A stretch of 64,000 nt of DNA from Trichoplax adhaerens (Eukaryota; Animalia; Placozoa), in NCBI RefSeq assembly GCF_000150275.1, contig NW_002060943.1, forward strand, positions 9,642,209-9,706,208, read 5' to 3'. The notes below the pieces were generated by a model. The model was not told the DNA's origin. It saw only the letters and a program-made list of their open reading frames with translations, and made no database searches. Made by a program: the position numbers and the translations under genes. How positions within the stretch are numbered: position 1 is the stretch's first letter; every line of letters begins with the position of its first letter. Positions 1 through 15,499 of this stretch are shown here, piece after piece.

Positions 1-3000
1 CAGCTTGCCTTTCTCGTTCTGACATGGCTTGACCTTCCGCACCGTGCAGCATAGCCAATAGCGCCTCTTTTTCAGCGTTAAAGCGGGCTTCCAGGTCATC
101 CAGTAAGTTTACATTACTATGTACTTGATTATCCTCCGGCAATTCGCCTTCTTCCATCTCGATCTTATCGAGATCATTTCCTTCTATAATCAGTTGTTTA
201 CGACGTGCCAGTCTATTTACAAAGATTTTCTATGTTACAGGACGTTTGCTTACCTGTGAATTACTTGAAAGTACTTAATCATTCCTACCTATCCTTGAGC
301 TGTTGGTCATACATGGCACGATTATGACCCATTAGTTGGTTGAGCTGTTCATGATTCTTGATGCTTTCACCTAAAAGTCTTGCTACTTCGTCGAATTTAC
401 CTTCATTTCTAAGTTTCCGTTCTTCCAGCTTTAACTTCATTAGTCTGGCCTGCCTTTCTCGTTCAGATAATTTAGCCCATTCAGCATCACCCATTTGCTA
501 TTGTCAAAAATTATAAAATTATGCATACAAATACTTATACGATCAATTATGTACAACCGACTTGATTTTGTTATTATTATAATATATAGTATAAATAAGA
601 AATCATCACTTTTATGTTGTAAGAATATAAAGTTACATGTACTGGAAGTGATGTATGGGCCCCTTAAGTATTACCAAAAAATCCATAGATTGCAATTACC
701 GTTTTAAGAGCATCTAGGATTAACTTTTCTTTCAGCATATCGTATTTTTCTTCTAGAGCCTTTACCAATTCGACTTCCTCTTTAGTTCTGACCACGTCAG
801 TTTTCAAAACAAGTGATGATACATTGTCTAACAAATCTTCTTGGCGTGCAGATAGAAATTCATTTCTGATGTCTATTAGCTCTTGATTTGACTAAATACG
901 AAATAATAAATGTAGATGATTCGTTACTTATTCAGACATTGTTATTCTGATAATGCAGTACTTTTCTTGAAATGAGTGTAACCTTTTCGGCAACATCGGT
1001 AAGAAAACGCTCACACTCTTGGTCTTGCATGCATTGTAATTCGGCTAACATTGCAACTGCTACATCTACTTCTCTATCATTCGCTTTAATATCTCTAGCG
1101 TTCTCGTAATAAATCGCAGTTGCTTCCTGTAAGATCTGATGATTCTATCAAATTCAAAGCGAAAAATCCTTAGATGGACATTTTCATTAATACTTATCAA
1201 GCGGTGAATAAAGTTCTTGTATGACTATATTCATAATAATTATATATTATCGAAGGGCGTTATCAATTGTAACAAAACATGGAAATACTTGTGTTTTCCT
1301 GGCAATTCTTTCTTCTTCGCTACTTTCACGCCACTTGCGCCTTTTAATTTTGAGTAAAGAGTATTGGTTTTGTCTCTCTTCGATGTTCATTTTTCGAACG
1401 TTCGACCTCACGGAAAGACTCTCTGAGCCCTGTAACATTTCAATGAATTTGTTTCTTTCATGTGCTTGCTTTTGTTCTAGAGTTCGAACAGTTGCTTCTA
1501 GAAGGTCAACAACTCCATATTCATCATAGAGATTCATATCTACTTCATCAATTTGAGACATTGTAGGAGTGTCTCCTCTCCTTCTTTCGGATAATCGCTC
1601 ATGTGCTAATTTTTCTTGCCTAATTTGATCCAAAACTAGCCTAGAATTTCATTAAACAGAAGATACAGGTCTCTTAGATTCAATTTTTATCATAAGGCGT
1701 ATGGTACAGCGGATTCATACACAATGATAAAACAACTATTTCCAATATGAAGCTTATTTTGAAGGCATATGCAGAGTACTTAGATAATAGTAGTTAACGA
1801 ACAAGAATTTTACGTCACTGAAATAAATCTAATCTTATTTTTTGGTAAATTTTAAATTGTGCTTTTAATATCATCTATATTATCATCTAAACAACTGTAA
1901 TGATTTCGTTTCGTAATTAAATATGAGGTATGATAGTACACTGACAACATCCATTCAGAGCTTAAAGTAACTGATTAAACTTAAGAATTGGTAAAATTTT
2001 TGACATTTCTTACTATACCATAATCTTACTTAAATTGTCTACATTACAATAAGGAATTTCAACGAGAATAGCTCACAACGGAGTGTTGAGCAAAGGAACG
2101 CTATCGGGTATTTATCGGTATTATTCAAGATTTGGTGAAACTCACGTCTGTGGTAGATTATATTGTTATAATTATGTAAATAACAAATCTTATTGACGTA
2201 TCTAAAGTTCATAATTACTTTTTCGAGGAATAACTTTGGTAGCGTTCTGCTAACCCAACTGAAAGAGAAACACTATGGAAACGAAGGTCTAGCCTTGCAC
2301 GACAGAGCTGGCGGACAAATTTTAAATACTGCTTTAGACGATCATTAGCAGTTTTAAGAAACTGTGGTTCCACGCTGCGGAGGTCGGACCATAAAAAATC
2401 TGTTTCTGCATTCTGTCTAGCGGCTAGATCATTCAGTATTTGAGAGTAAGAGCAAGATGTATTGTCGTATTTTTTCACGGCTTTTATTAATAATTGTCTA
2501 TCTATTTCTTCGGTACTAAGTCCAGATTCTCTCAACTTATTACGTTTCTGCAGTTCCTCTGATAAATGAATTTCTACAGCGAAGATTGGTTCACCAATTA
2601 AACTAATGAGATCATGCGGAGAACGTTGCTGAGCACCATCTAAATTAATGATTTCATCTAGAAAGCCACTTTTTCTTAGTTGTTGCTCTAATTTCCCCAA
2701 ATTCTTTACTCTGCGTTTCTTATCTGGTACATTTAGCGACATCCACATACCTTCACCTACGTGTCTTCGAATCATATCGCATATTGTAGACTCTCTTATG
2801 CATTCATATTTGCGATTAAGGATATCAAAGAGGTCCTTCGTGCTGATACGGTTACGAGCCGTAACTGTAACAAGTTCATCTTCCTCAGACGAACTATAAC
2901 CCTTGTCGTATAGCATAGCTTCAATGCCGCGGGTATTTAAAATTTTCAGGTACCTCTTAGCAGTCTTTGTTAATCTTTCATTGCGATTCCTGATTGCCTT

Positions 3001-3653
3001 TTCAGCCCTGTTATCGATCTTATTTTCCTAGTAAATATCAATTTCATTAAATTATAGTTTTCACTAAGTGTACAGTGCAGTACACAAACCAGATAAAAGT
3101 AACAAACCTCAAAAGTTTTTATTTCCCTATAGAACGTGAGTTCATTATTCAAAGCCATTTGGGATAGCAAGGTGCCCTCTTTTTCAACTTCTTCCTCTGT
3201 ATTTAGGTCTTCGGTTGGTATGCTATTCATAAATGTTCGGATTTCCTCATAACAGACCTTAGTTTCTGAAAAACGTCTTGCATGAACAAAGTTTTTCCAG
3301 TGCGTCATGCTAAACTTCTTACCACAATAGCTTTGTAATAGCAAGTAGGCATCTTGTACAGTTATCAGCCAGTCTCCATCTCTATCTAAAGATTTAAAGT
3401 CCCAATGTAATTGCTCCTCCAAAGTTTTCCTTTTATTAATTTCAGCGATGACATCAACAAACTTCTCTCTTGTACATTTTCCAGAGGAATTGTCACTGCA
3501 TACACTTAAAATTGCAAGCTCAATTATGCGTAAATCAATTCGACTGTTATAGTAACTTTCGTAAAAAACTTGTATCTGCTCTTTGTCAATAAGACCGGTG
3601 AAATTAGAGTCCAGCGCATCCAAAACTGCTTCGACATTTACTCCTTTCACCAT
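1..3653 (-). CDS. Multi-exon EF-hand protein with a long charged coiled-coil (trichohyalin-like) C-terminal region; continues past the left edge
   Basis: ATG at 3653. EF-hand-like loops LDSNFTGLID and LDRDGDWLITVQDA. ORFs 2970-3653, 2215-2916, 1247-1633 and 285-494 join through GT-AG introns. E/R/K/L-rich coiled-coil segments, with a repeated 'G..(M/E)W..L...(D/E)' motif. Confidence 0.7.
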
Positions 3654-6600
3654 GTTAAAACGTTAGTTAGTAAATTTCAAGGATTTGCCTATAAACGCCT
3701 AAAATTGAGGGTAATCCAGTGTAGTTCTTATAAAGCTGCTTATATTAAATCTATTTTCTAGTAATGTGATTATTGTAGCTTCAAACTGTACGCATATATG
3801 CACGGTTATAGTAAAACTTGTTGAGCCTACAACGTAAATGTGTCGTGTAAACATATACTATATTTGGAAAGAAGTAAGGTACTGTACGAGATATCGCGTT
3901 ACTTGATCAAATGATGGTGACAAACTACAGTATATAATTAGTTAAGTAGGATTGCAGAGCAAGGGATACTGATGTTGTTAGTGTATCGTAGTAATTACTG
4001 AAATGAATTTGTTCATACTTTTCAATCATTCGGTAAGCGTTCTCTGAGGCGGAAAATCTCACTTATTAATATTAAATCGCACATACGAGAGGTCTCCTAA
4101 TAAACAGGTACAGTATTAACCCTTATATCCTGTTCTATAAACGAAGATAGGATAATGCTTTATACAGATACGATTGTAAACATTTCATACTAAGTACAGT
4201 TAAGTAGTGTTTGACGTATTTACTTGGTTAAGATCAGTTTTTAAACTGACGTAAGCATTAGTTACTATGGCGACGCCGTAAGGTAAAGGAGTAGATGAAT
4301 TCTATGGATATGCCGATGATATTATAATTAATGAATGATAATTATAATTAATAAGTACATTTTACGGTCGATGCTTTATTATTATGAACGCTGATTACTG
4401 GTATAAGGAGAATTTTAATGAATAAAAATTTTTGCAATGCACGGAATATTTTCTAGCTTAGAAAAAGATCACATTTTCTGGATACGAATGGGGCATTTTT
4501 ACGCTTGCGGTTAAGTGCTATTTAAAAGGCAGAGGATGATACTGCAGTGAATTTACACAGTATATCAGTCTATTCTAGATATCTTAACATTAGGCTATTA
4601 CTGATTACTAGATTCAGTAACATTAAAATATGTATCAGTACTCTGCAAATACAGTGCAGTAGTATAGAATTTAATCCTAAATATTGTTCTAGCGAAGCTT
4701 TAATTATATTTTTACTCTCATAATACATATGATCTTAAAATTGGTAAATGATTAGTTTCCCACTGTAATGTTCTCTGCTTATAATGATAGGCGTATAGAT
4801 TAATTATTAAGAAGTCTAAAAGATTAAGAGAATAGTCAAGAATCACTTGTTAGGAGTGCTTCCAGATAAAGACTTAATAGCATGAACACTTAGTGACTCA
4901 ACTTATTCCAAGACGTCCTTCAAGTAGCATTATCTAGTATCTAAACATTTAAACCTTAGGCATACGATGTCTGAGGCAGTAATTGCTACTATTGACTGGG
5001 AATCTCAGTAGGTATGGCCTCTCTAGTATATCTTTGACACAAACAATGGGATTGTATGGAGCACTGGTACAGAACAAATACGTAGAATGCATCATACCTA
5101 CAACTATTAAAGTACTGCATTAAACCAGAATTTGGAATAGATCCGAACGTATTAGTATTCATTATACGTAATACTTTTTGCTCGCGTTAATTGCATCCTT
5201 CATTGCAGACCAGGATAAAGCTACCACATTGCCGAAGAGTAAAAATCATTGAATGCTAAAATATTGGATATCGTAAATGACATCAGCGATACCGGTTTAT
5301 TATTGCTGATTTTGTATCATAATGTTACAGTTATGACACTGTGTCGTAGGATTTGTGTAGAAGTATCTAATTCAGGACAATTTTGCTAGCTTACCCTAAT
5401 TTCGCCTGTCTCTAATTTAGATATTTTGTTCTTTAATTTACTACTGGCTTGTTGTGAGACAATGACGCATATTCACGGTACTGAAATTTACTGCTAAATA
5501 AAGAATCTTAGAATAATTTACCTCCGGTTCGAATTACTTCAGACTCTGTAACGCAGAAAATGCTTCTGATGATGATCATTAAGATATAGTATAAGATGTA
5601 TTGCTTGGCGTACAAACATTTAGGAATTGGTTATAATAGTCAATATACATTTTTACAGCGAAACGTGTAACAAAATTCAAAAGCAAATGATAGGGATTCC
5701 TGTTTTAATGTTGGTCATATGGCAATGACATGGCAATCCATGTAAAAAGTACTTTTAAATTATACTATTACTCACCATGTGTAATAGTATGACCGCGCTC
5801 GTAGTAAGTTATAGCATAGGCCTTACTATATTGAACGCTTATTGCAAGTACGTGTGTGCGAATACAACTGAGTATCTAGGTAGTTACGCTTACTTATATA
5901 CCTTTACTTGTAAGGCCTATCCTATAGGAACAACACAGTATAATTTTATCTATACGTTATCTACATTCCAACGCCAATTAATTATTCACTTACTCTGAGA
6001 AATTACAAACATGCGAATAATTGTACCGAAGGGTGATACAGTCATGATACTTAGTATGACACCATGACAGTTACGGATACTAAGTACATACTTTTTAGCA
6101 ATATAATAGAGCATTAAATTATTTGGAGCAACGCAGCTTAGGGAACAGTGAAAATTAAACCTATTCTAGCAAGATTAAGTTTATTGCAATGAGTCACAAT
6201 GACTCTTTAGAGTAATACAATTAACTAGGATTAACTACATACTTATTTATAAGTTAGACGCGAAGTGTTTTAATTTAATTCGAATACTGATGATACTGAT
6301 AAAGTTCACAATTCAAGTCCAATATTTATTCTTGTTACCTACATCTTGGAATTTTGCTATTTTAACTCCTAGAAAATCTTCCATAGCAATATACGAACAG
6401 TATATGGTACTTATCACTTATAATTAATTAATTATTTACGACAAACAATTCCACCCAAGTCGAAATTTGGTAACACTGACAGTAAAACTGAAGCCTAGTC
6501 GACATGAACATTTATCAATAAGAAATATCTATTTCGGTAATAGAGACCGATAGTTTCATAATTTTACATTTCAGTTGTTTAGCCTCCAGGCTCCAGAAAT

Positions 6601-6701
6601 AATTTAAGATGTAATATATTAAAATAAATTACTTCAAACATTTTTCAACACGCAATTTCTATATGACTACAATTTCTCTTAAAAATTATGTAAACATGTA
6701 T

Positions 6702-9700
6702 TTACCGTAAAAGATGAAGCTGATATCCAATATTTTGATTAGGATCAGAGGCTTTGGCTTCTTTTCCGACCGATATGGGATCAACTGGCGATATAATGAA
6801 TTCGTCTAAATGACGTATGTAACTGCCCATTTCTGCGCACTGTACAAATTTTCTGTCCGGTTGAAATAGAATTTATCGATTGTTAGTTACTAAATGACCT
6901 AAAAGATTAATTATAAGTTAGTTAAATGCAATTTTACATACCCCATGTGCCTACATACGGTTACATTATTATGTCTAACACACAGATCTCTAACATTAAC
7001 TTCTTCCGTCATTTCGCACATTATGATCAGAAGATCGTAAAAGTCTATTTCATCTGTTAGACAAAGATGATGTCAGAAGGTATCAGTCTTTTCAGTAATT
7101 TACTCTTTTTACTAGGTCTTTCATAGTGGATTATGCGGCATTAAACACATTCTACTTAATTTTTTACACTTTGAATTCTGGACGTCAGCATACTTGCAGA
7201 ATAAATAGGCTCGTCATAGATTTTCTTATCACTTAACAACTTGTAGATTCCGTCAGCAACTCTGTAGCAACTATGGGGCTATAATATTAATTTTAATTAT
7301 AAGTATAATTTACTTACACTCATATAGTAACAATGCGAACTACGTTTCAAGTTAATAAAAGTTCGTTTATTTTAGTCAATTAATTAAATGAAAATACGGA
7401 AGATTGTAGAGTTCAAACACAACATTGCAATAAATACCTTTACAGTAGGAACCGTCGTAGTTACTTCATAATTCCTATATTCCATTTCAAACATCTTTAA
7501 AATTTTCGCTAGGTCACGTTGATATTAATACGTATGGTATTCTACGTATATCATTCACACTACACAATTATATGTTTACAATAGATGCTATTATAAAAAA
7601 ATTGGCGTAATGCGTGAATACTAGGCATCAGTAACCACAGGAAAAATGATGATTGATCATCATTTACTAACTTTTATAGATTAGACCAAATTCAAAGTCT
7701 ACATTTACGCCACTAAAAAACTACATTAGCGGGCTACATATAACAGAGATGGCTAGGTCAGCTAAGAATAAATATCAAAATGTAAGAAATACCGCGTAAA
7801 GACTATTTTACAAAGTGTATGTATACTCACTGAAGATGCTCTAAACAGGTACGGAAGACGCAGTATTCCATACGCATATTGTCAGCTATAAATTTCACAG
7901 GCCCTCGACCATCAATTTGTTTAACAATCTAAAATGTGCGAATATCGGGAACATATTTCATTTCAATAATCTATTTTAGTATCTAAGATGGCAGGAAAGG
8001 GTACAATTTAATACTTTTATCCACATATCACATAAAACAAAGTAAAGCAAGTAACCAACGTTATCTATCATTTTTCCAAAAATCAAGTCTTCGCTTATAT
8101 TCTCCTTCACGAAGTTAACTCGATCAAGCATGATAGGAGCATGATGAAGTAATATTTCATCAACTAGACGTTTTAACTGCAGGGCCGGTTTGATATTCAG
8201 AAATATAGTATTTGCTATGTCTAAATATAAAATATATTAAATATAAGATATATAAGCCTTTTATATTTCATACTGTTAAATTGCTGAGTAACCAAAAAAA
8301 TTTTACTAGTCTAATAAAACTATAAGGAATCTATTGTACCGTACTACGCACTTTATAATAAATTTCAGTATCAACACAATCCCAAATTTAATGCAGCAGG
8401 AAATTAATCTAGTAATAAAATATTTCTTTGTCTAACATTAAATTTAAAGTTTACAAAGAGATGTCACCATCGCGTGCATACGACTTATCTGTATAGAAAT
8501 TGTTATACGTAGTGCTATAGCTATTTACTGTATGTGCGTTGAAATATTTATTATCGTTACAAATAGTATATTTCATTTACCAATACGAATCATACAACTT
8601 CCTTTCATATTCAACTCCTGGCGTATACGTGGTAGTAGTTCCGATAATTTCTCTTTCTTAACTTCATCAGATAAAAATTGACTTTCTAATTCCAATGTGA
8701 CCATATAATTGGCCAATTTCTTAATTACAGGCTCATAATTGTCCAATCCTCCATGATGTTTTGCTGGTAGCATTAGCCCGAGATTGAATCTTAGCTCATT
8801 TCGAGAATACTTCTTATTCTGAATGCAGCACGGTAAACTCATAATAGCTACTTCATCGAGATTTCTACCAAGAAAATAGTCATAGCAACGCATTTAGCAT
8901 ACGAGTACAGTTATACACTTATTCTAACACTTATAATTATACAGGTATACTGTAATTACTTACGTATAATTACAAGTGTCATAATATTTCTATTTACTGA
9001 CAATGATAAATCGCAGATGTATCGAGGGTCACAATCGATATTTCGATTAGTACATGTATTATTAGAATAAATTTTAGTTCTACAATCGTGATCTAGGAAA
9101 TTTAGTTTATAGTACAAAGCTTATTAACTCTTTTTTATTCCTAAAACCTCCGTGAGAGTCACAAACTTCTGCAAGGACTCCATATCTCTTGAATAGTAGC
9201 CGAAAGAGAAGTACCATAATAATTTACTTAGTGTTTACGTAGCTGCATTGTTCACTTAATGTTAATCATCATACCGATACCTCATACTGTAATGCATAGA
9301 CAAAAAATTTTTAAGATTCTGAACACTGCACAATACGGGTATTTCGCTCGATATCGGTCCTCAAATAGTATCACAATTACAGTATGATGAGGATAGTGTA
9401 CGGTGTATACGAGTAAATTACACGTTAGAAATTGATAATCTCATGATAACAGTAGATAAAATGCAATATTATACGAAGCATACAGCCTTATTAGGCGCTG
9501 ATCAAGTTGGGGCTTGGCTATGATGTAAACGCTTATAACATCGAATGTTTCCTTAGATATATAGTCGGCTGGATCCTAAAAGTTGAAATTTAAAATTAAT
9601 TAATACATGATGCTGTGAACGGCCTAGCTCTTTAGCTAAATGAAAATATAGTAACAATGAGCTTCATATTTCAAACCTGATAGGTGATTTTTGGTCCAGT

Positions 9701-9745
9701 AATTGGATGAAATTCACTAAAGAAAATACAATCGATACCTTCCAT
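6702..9745 (-). CDS. NPRL2: GATOR1 subunit NPRL2 (multi-exon; 3' end approximate)
   Basis: Exon 1 (9745-9677) MEGIDCIFFSEFHPITGPKITYQ; exon 2 DPADYISKETFDVISVYIIAKPQL; exon 3 KKYSRNELRFNLGL...VIKKLANYMVTLELESQFLS. All match the NPR2 family. A late exon KFVQCAEMGSYIRHL matches KLIQFGLMKNLIRRL. Confidence 0.9.
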
Positions 9746-9829
9746 TTCAATTATTGGATTATAATTGTAATTATTATTTACTTCTATTTCTACTATTACA
9801 GCAAATTTTGATTGAGTAGTCCCTGACAC

Positions 9830-10075
9830 TACAGTACGTACAAGGTATTTACTGGTACCGTACAGTACAGTACGGTAACATCAGCCATCATACAGTACAG
9901 TACAGTACAGTACAGTACAGTATAGTACTGTACAGTACAATACAGTACAGTACATTATACCGTACAGTAAATTGGTCTGGTCAACAGTACAGTACAGTAT
10001 GGTGCTGTACAGTACTAACGTTTTATTGTACAGTACAGTACAGTACGTACAGTATGTACAGTACAGTACAGCAGC
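9830..10075. repeat. (TACAG)n/(CTGTA)n island in the NPRL2-CDK divergent promoter
   Basis: Direct runs such as tacagtacagtacagtacag at 9891-9920, with orientation switches. Confidence 0.9.
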
Positions 10076-12095
10076 GAATAGTTGAAGTTTTTTAAGAAGT
10101 ACAGTAGTAAGAAGTTTAGGCCTGTAGGGGGGGCTGATTAAGTTAAGTTAAAGTGGCAACTCGAAATTTTTAGGTTCGAAAGAAAGTCCGTGTCAGCACA
10201 GCGCTAAATACAGTAATTGTGGCACTACTGCTCTATATTACAGTAGAGTTGTTAATCAACTTTATACGAGAAGGATAAACATTCCATCTCTAGTTAATTA
10301 GCTAATTTTGGGTAAGAATATACTGTATTAAGCACAACTGGATCTAAAAAAACGCAAGGCAAGTACCCTATTTAAGCACAGTACAATATATCATATTTAT
10401 TGGAGGTGAAACTAGTAACTAAATCGTATTGGATAGATAGATCGTTGACTCAGTAAATGTGCATTTACCGTATAATGCACATTAGTCATTCATCATTAAA
10501 ATTATGGTTTTTACGCTACTCAGCTTTGATCTTGGTTTGTAGTGCAGTAGTAGATATTTACGCCCTGATTGTTATATACTCTCAGTGTGAGAGACCAGAT
10601 ACTCTTATTCTCTTTCATGTAAATTGAGCAATCTGATTTGATAGTTGGTATCCTGTGTATGGTGCAGTAGTACACTAGACTTCAATGTGTGAAATCGATG
10701 TTATCTAATGGTCTTCCATAATCTCGTCCTCATTGATTTAATCTCTATGACAAATTTATATCCCTGATTAGTATCTGATTTTTACTTCTGTTCTCCAAAT
10801 TTCCTAATTCTCAGTCTATAGAGTTCTTATGATTCATTACTTTTTAATTAATTATTCTCGCTTGCCTCGGCAATAGCTGAGTGATGCGAAGGTAGGCTGA
10901 CTTAGTCGAGTAGCGTGTGACTGAGCTGATAAGATATTACTAAAATTTTTATATAATGTATGTTATTTTTCATACTATTCCTCAAAGAAATATCGTAAAG
11001 TACAAGCTATTTAAATATGAGTATACAGTACATAGATATTGTGTACTGTAATTAAAATCATTTTTCGATCCTCGAATTCAGAAAGACCTGTCTCTGTGTT
11101 TAAAATTTAATAGTGCTGCTGAACGTAGCAGTAGCTAATTATTCTACTAGAAAACTAAGCTAATGCAAATAATTAATTACTGTATAATCGTTTTCATGTG
11201 CATGCACGGTACAATGTACTCTTGTACCGTACTGATTTACTGTAGGTCAAAGTTTGATACAGTAAAGAAGCTTGAAGAAATTCTTTGGTTACCTTACCGC
11301 ACAGTAAAATAGGAATTCCGGTTGAGGTATTCGTGTGTTCTCATTAATTTACTACGTAAGCGTTAGTATTACTGCTTAATATTTATGCTGAAATTATCTG
11401 TGATGATACGCTGTTCGTGTATATTTGTAGTTATAACTGTCCTAGTTAATAGGCTAGGCGGTGCTGGGTATGTTGTGTGCGCAGAACACCTAAGTTTACT
11501 AATATTACACTACTGTACTACTTAAATCCGTAAATTTTGGATAGGATGATTTATAGCATAATTGATCAGCCGACGCTTTGGATAGATTTCGATATTTATT
11601 AATTAATCTATTTAGTGATTTATCACATATTCTGCGGTAATCATTGTTCATTTCTATTAAAGGACTAGATTGATCGCGCCTTTGCATTGTATAGTACTTT
11701 GGAATCCAACCTCTAGTTACAAATTGAATAGCTTCTAAGATACCGATTCATCGGTATATGAATTAAATCGCAAAGCAGCGAAATTTTTAAGATATCTATA
11801 CAGGTAAAGCCATCTGTGGAGTCTATGGTAGTTATGTAAGATAATTATAAGTGAATAGTGTTTTGTTGCACGTATTCTTTAAAATCTTGTAAGTTTTCGT
11901 ACTCTCAGCACACTCATTCATAAGCTGCTGCTAGAATCCCTTGTCTACGGCTCAATAAGCCTTATTAGCAAATTAAAAATTCCTTGCCGAAAATGCATTC
12001 GCTATTAATGCTCAAACTCTTATTATAATAGTAAGTAGCCTCTTTTTTTAATTTTAGGCACTGAACTTAAAAATTTGCAGTGTAATCAATAGAAT

Positions 12096-15000
12096 ATGGA
12101 CAGGGTTCGAAAACTTTCGTTATCAATCAAAAGAAGCGTGATTGATAAAACGATACGAGAAAATTCGGAATTAACAAGTGACCAAGAAAAGAGTGATGAT
12201 ACTACTGAAATGAAACACCGTGAGTAAGATATAGCGTCAAATTGGATATACGTACTTGACAACGAAGTTTTACGATTAGCTATAATTCATTTCCGCCACT
12301 ATAATATCGGCCATTTACGAAGTAGATTCAATGACATAAATTATATTACATCTTCAGCCACCGTTGCTGACCATTTCAACTTTCATGTACAAACTATATT
12401 GCTTATGAGATATTTAAAATCAGTGAAAATAATCTTCAGCAGCATTTCTTACTTTGCTGTAGTACTACTGTAGTTACGAATGATCTCCGCTTATACAAGA
12501 GATGCTGCGAATAATATTAAAGGCGTCACTCTTATATTATCTTTATTGTACGTTCGCGAAATCTTCGAGTAATATTTGATGTCAAAATGTAAATATGAGT
12601 TGTTATGTATTGGGATTTAGTATTGACACATTGCGTTCTGTTTGAAGTGACGTCATCCTATTTCAAATTTTGACTACAATTTCGAATAGTTTTATTGGTG
12701 CTAATGATACGACTGTAGTCTGTATCCTTCAAACTACGTCATTTTATGATACTGCACAAAGAGTTCAAGGATGCTATCAGATATCGAAGTTTGATGGGAT
12801 AATCCACTCGCTGTAAATGAATATGAGTGTATTCAAGTATTATTTTAGCAACATTAAAATATTACAAGCTTATTACAATACTAATTAAATTAGCGCGACT
12901 GGTGTGACATTTTGATTACCTTAAACGTTAGCAATATCATCGGACCATGAAAGCAAGGAAAAACAGCACTACAAAAAGAGCGCTCAATTTTCTCCAGCTG
13001 CGCGGCGAGGATCATTCAGTAACACTAGCAAAGCGCTGGACAATAAACTGCTAAATCTAGAGGTATAATAAAGAAGAATGGCTTTATGAACAAAATTTTC
13101 CCTCCAAGATCTAAGAGCATTGCAAATATTAGCTATTATTACTGAGTTGATAACACTTCTAATCGTTTCCGCCAACGTCTTTAATATTAGGATAAATTCC
13201 GAAGACGTTCGCGATCATCCTCACAAGCATGTGTTGAAATAAAGACAGCTATCAGCAATTTACGTGAAAAATCTAATAGACAGGAAAGAAGAAAATCATT
13301 TGTAAGTTCAGTAAATACCAAGTAAGACTAAAGATAGCGTACATTTGCCATGCAATTTTTTGTGCAGTTGGCCTTTCCTTATTACGAAATCTTGGGTTAA
13401 GCGCGCTGTGAACTTTATATTGATTTCCGAAATGTAGAGTGAACTAGGATTTGGAAAGCTAGAGTCTTATGATAAACTTCACAAACTTGGCGAGGTATTT
13501 ATAGCTTCTTGTAAAGAACAGGTTTTTATGACTTACGGTTAATGTTTGTCACTAGCGATATGTACTACCTCTTAGCACTCTACTAATATAACCCCCCTAC
13601 AGGGAACTTACGCAACGGTTTTTAAAGGCAGAAGCAAGTACGTATAGTGGGTCTTTCCTCAATTGAAAGTTAATGATAGCACAGCAATATAGCAATTTGA
13701 GTAAACATATGCAATATTTCGTTAATAGAATCGTTAGAATTATATTTACAATAATATGGATAATATTCGTACTGATATCGAGCTTGGTTCCAAATATTGG
13801 GTCAGTATATTAATAAACTATTTACTGTTTGCTAGGTTAACAAATGATTTCGTAGCCCTTAAAGAAATTCGTCTAGAACACGAAGAAGGAGCGCCCTGCA
13901 CAGCTATAAGAGAAGTTTCCCTACTGAAAGATCTAAAGCATGCAAATATTGTCACATTACATGATACGATACATACCGAACGGTCGCTAGTTTTAGTTTT
14001 TGAATACCTGGATCGTGACTTAAAACAATATATGGATTCCTGCGGTTCTATTCTAGATATGAGCAATGTTAAGGTTGGAATTTGTATACCCTTTCTTTTT
14101 ATGTTATACCATCATTATCATTATTGGTTGGTTGTGGACGTTTATACTTATTACCAGCTATATGTGATGCATTACCTGCACTAAGCGCTATGTTATTTTA
14201 TATAATATAGTGATATAATTGTAGCAGTTTTGGCATAGTACATCAAATACCGCGTCTTAGAGAAATTTGTTAATCTTGTAGATATTTTTATTTCAATTAC
14301 TGCGAGGATTAGCTTATTGTCATAGTAGAAGAGTTTTACACAGGTAATATCATATTCTCAATATAAATCAAGTACAGTATACTATTATGATCTCATATTC
14401 CAACCTTTGTCATGATTATATTTATAGGGATTTAAAACCTCAAAACTTACTGATCAATGAGAGGGGAGAGCTAAAATTAGCAGACTTTGGCCTTGCAAGG
14501 GCTAAATCTGTTCCGAGTAAAACGTATTCAAGCGAAGTTGTAACTCTTTGGTACAGTAATGATAACATCATGTTAAATGTTTGCGGCTTTATAAGATTGA
14601 TTAGCAAAGAATATACAACCATAAAGCAAATAATTTGCCGCATTTAGGTATAGACCACCAGATGTTTTATTGGGATCTACTGAATATTCAACATCAATTG
14701 ATATGTGGGGTGTCGGATGCATATTTTACGAAATGGCGACTGGGCTACCAATGTTCCCCGGATCGTCGACAGAGAATCAACTACAGACGATTTGGGAGAT
14801 TCTTGGCACGCCAACTGAAGAAGAGTGGTCAGGACTAACTAGAAATCTTAAAGTTAATTCACTATCCTTTCACGATTGTAAAGGAGAGCCTCTACGCAAT
14901 CGCGCCCCGCGGTTGGAAGCTGATGGACTGGATCTTTTAGCAAAGTTTCTGCAGGTTTGCAATTATGTTGATGTTGAGGCTTGTGTATTTGTTTCTTATT

Positions 15001-15499
15001 GTGCCTGATTTAATAGAAGTACTTATTTATACAACACAGTATAAAGCAAAAAGTCGCATAAGTTCCGCTGACGCAATGAAACATAAATATTTTGATTGTT
15101 TTGGCCCAGAAGTGCAGATACTGAAAGATAGTAAGATTCTCTTTAATTCGTCCTGAAATTATTTTAATTCCTGCAACTAATATTCAAGTGATTGTGTTAT
15201 TAGCTGAATCAGTTTTTGAATTGCCATTCATATATTTAAGAAAGGATATTGGTATGAAAATGCAACATTCGCCAGGTATTTATAGCGAAACTACAATTAA
15301 TTTGTATCCATACCAGTATCTTAGCATTATAATTTACGATCATATTTAAATTGTGGCAATTCCAGTACTTGCTTATATTTATACTAAAACATTGCTTAAA
15401 TGTAAGCATCTATTTGGTACATTTACTAATTATTACTTACATCCAAATATTATTTACAAAGCTATGACTGGCAAGAGAAGACCCAGTGTGGCATTTTAA
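12096..15499 (+). CDS. CDK16: PCTAIRE-family cyclin-dependent kinase (CDK16/17/18 ortholog), multi-exon; probable non-coding first exon ending near 10311
   Basis: N-terminus [14 protein letters not shown]; [26 protein letters not shown]; [26 protein letters not shown]; HRDLKPQN; DFG; C-terminus KRRPSVAF* (TAA 15497-15499). Confidence 0.93.

Noticed and set aside
3800-6500. Short ORFs (e.g. 5777-5998) and a small AT-rich duplication at about 4316-4352
   Set aside because: No recognisable domain or splice chain; consistent with AT-rich intergenic DNA.
6540-6710. Apparent C-terminal truncation of NPRL2
   Set aside because: The last exon(s) cannot be resolved by eye (a donor overlaps the stop), so truncation is unsupported.
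10876-10930. C/D snoRNA-like GTGATGC...CTGA...CTGA in the CDK 5' intron
   Set aside because: C box mismatched, only about 50 nt long, no recognisable rRNA guide.
12722-12730. GTATCCTT as a U12-type intron donor
   Set aside because: Not at a supported exon boundary; the introns I traced are ordinary GT-AG.
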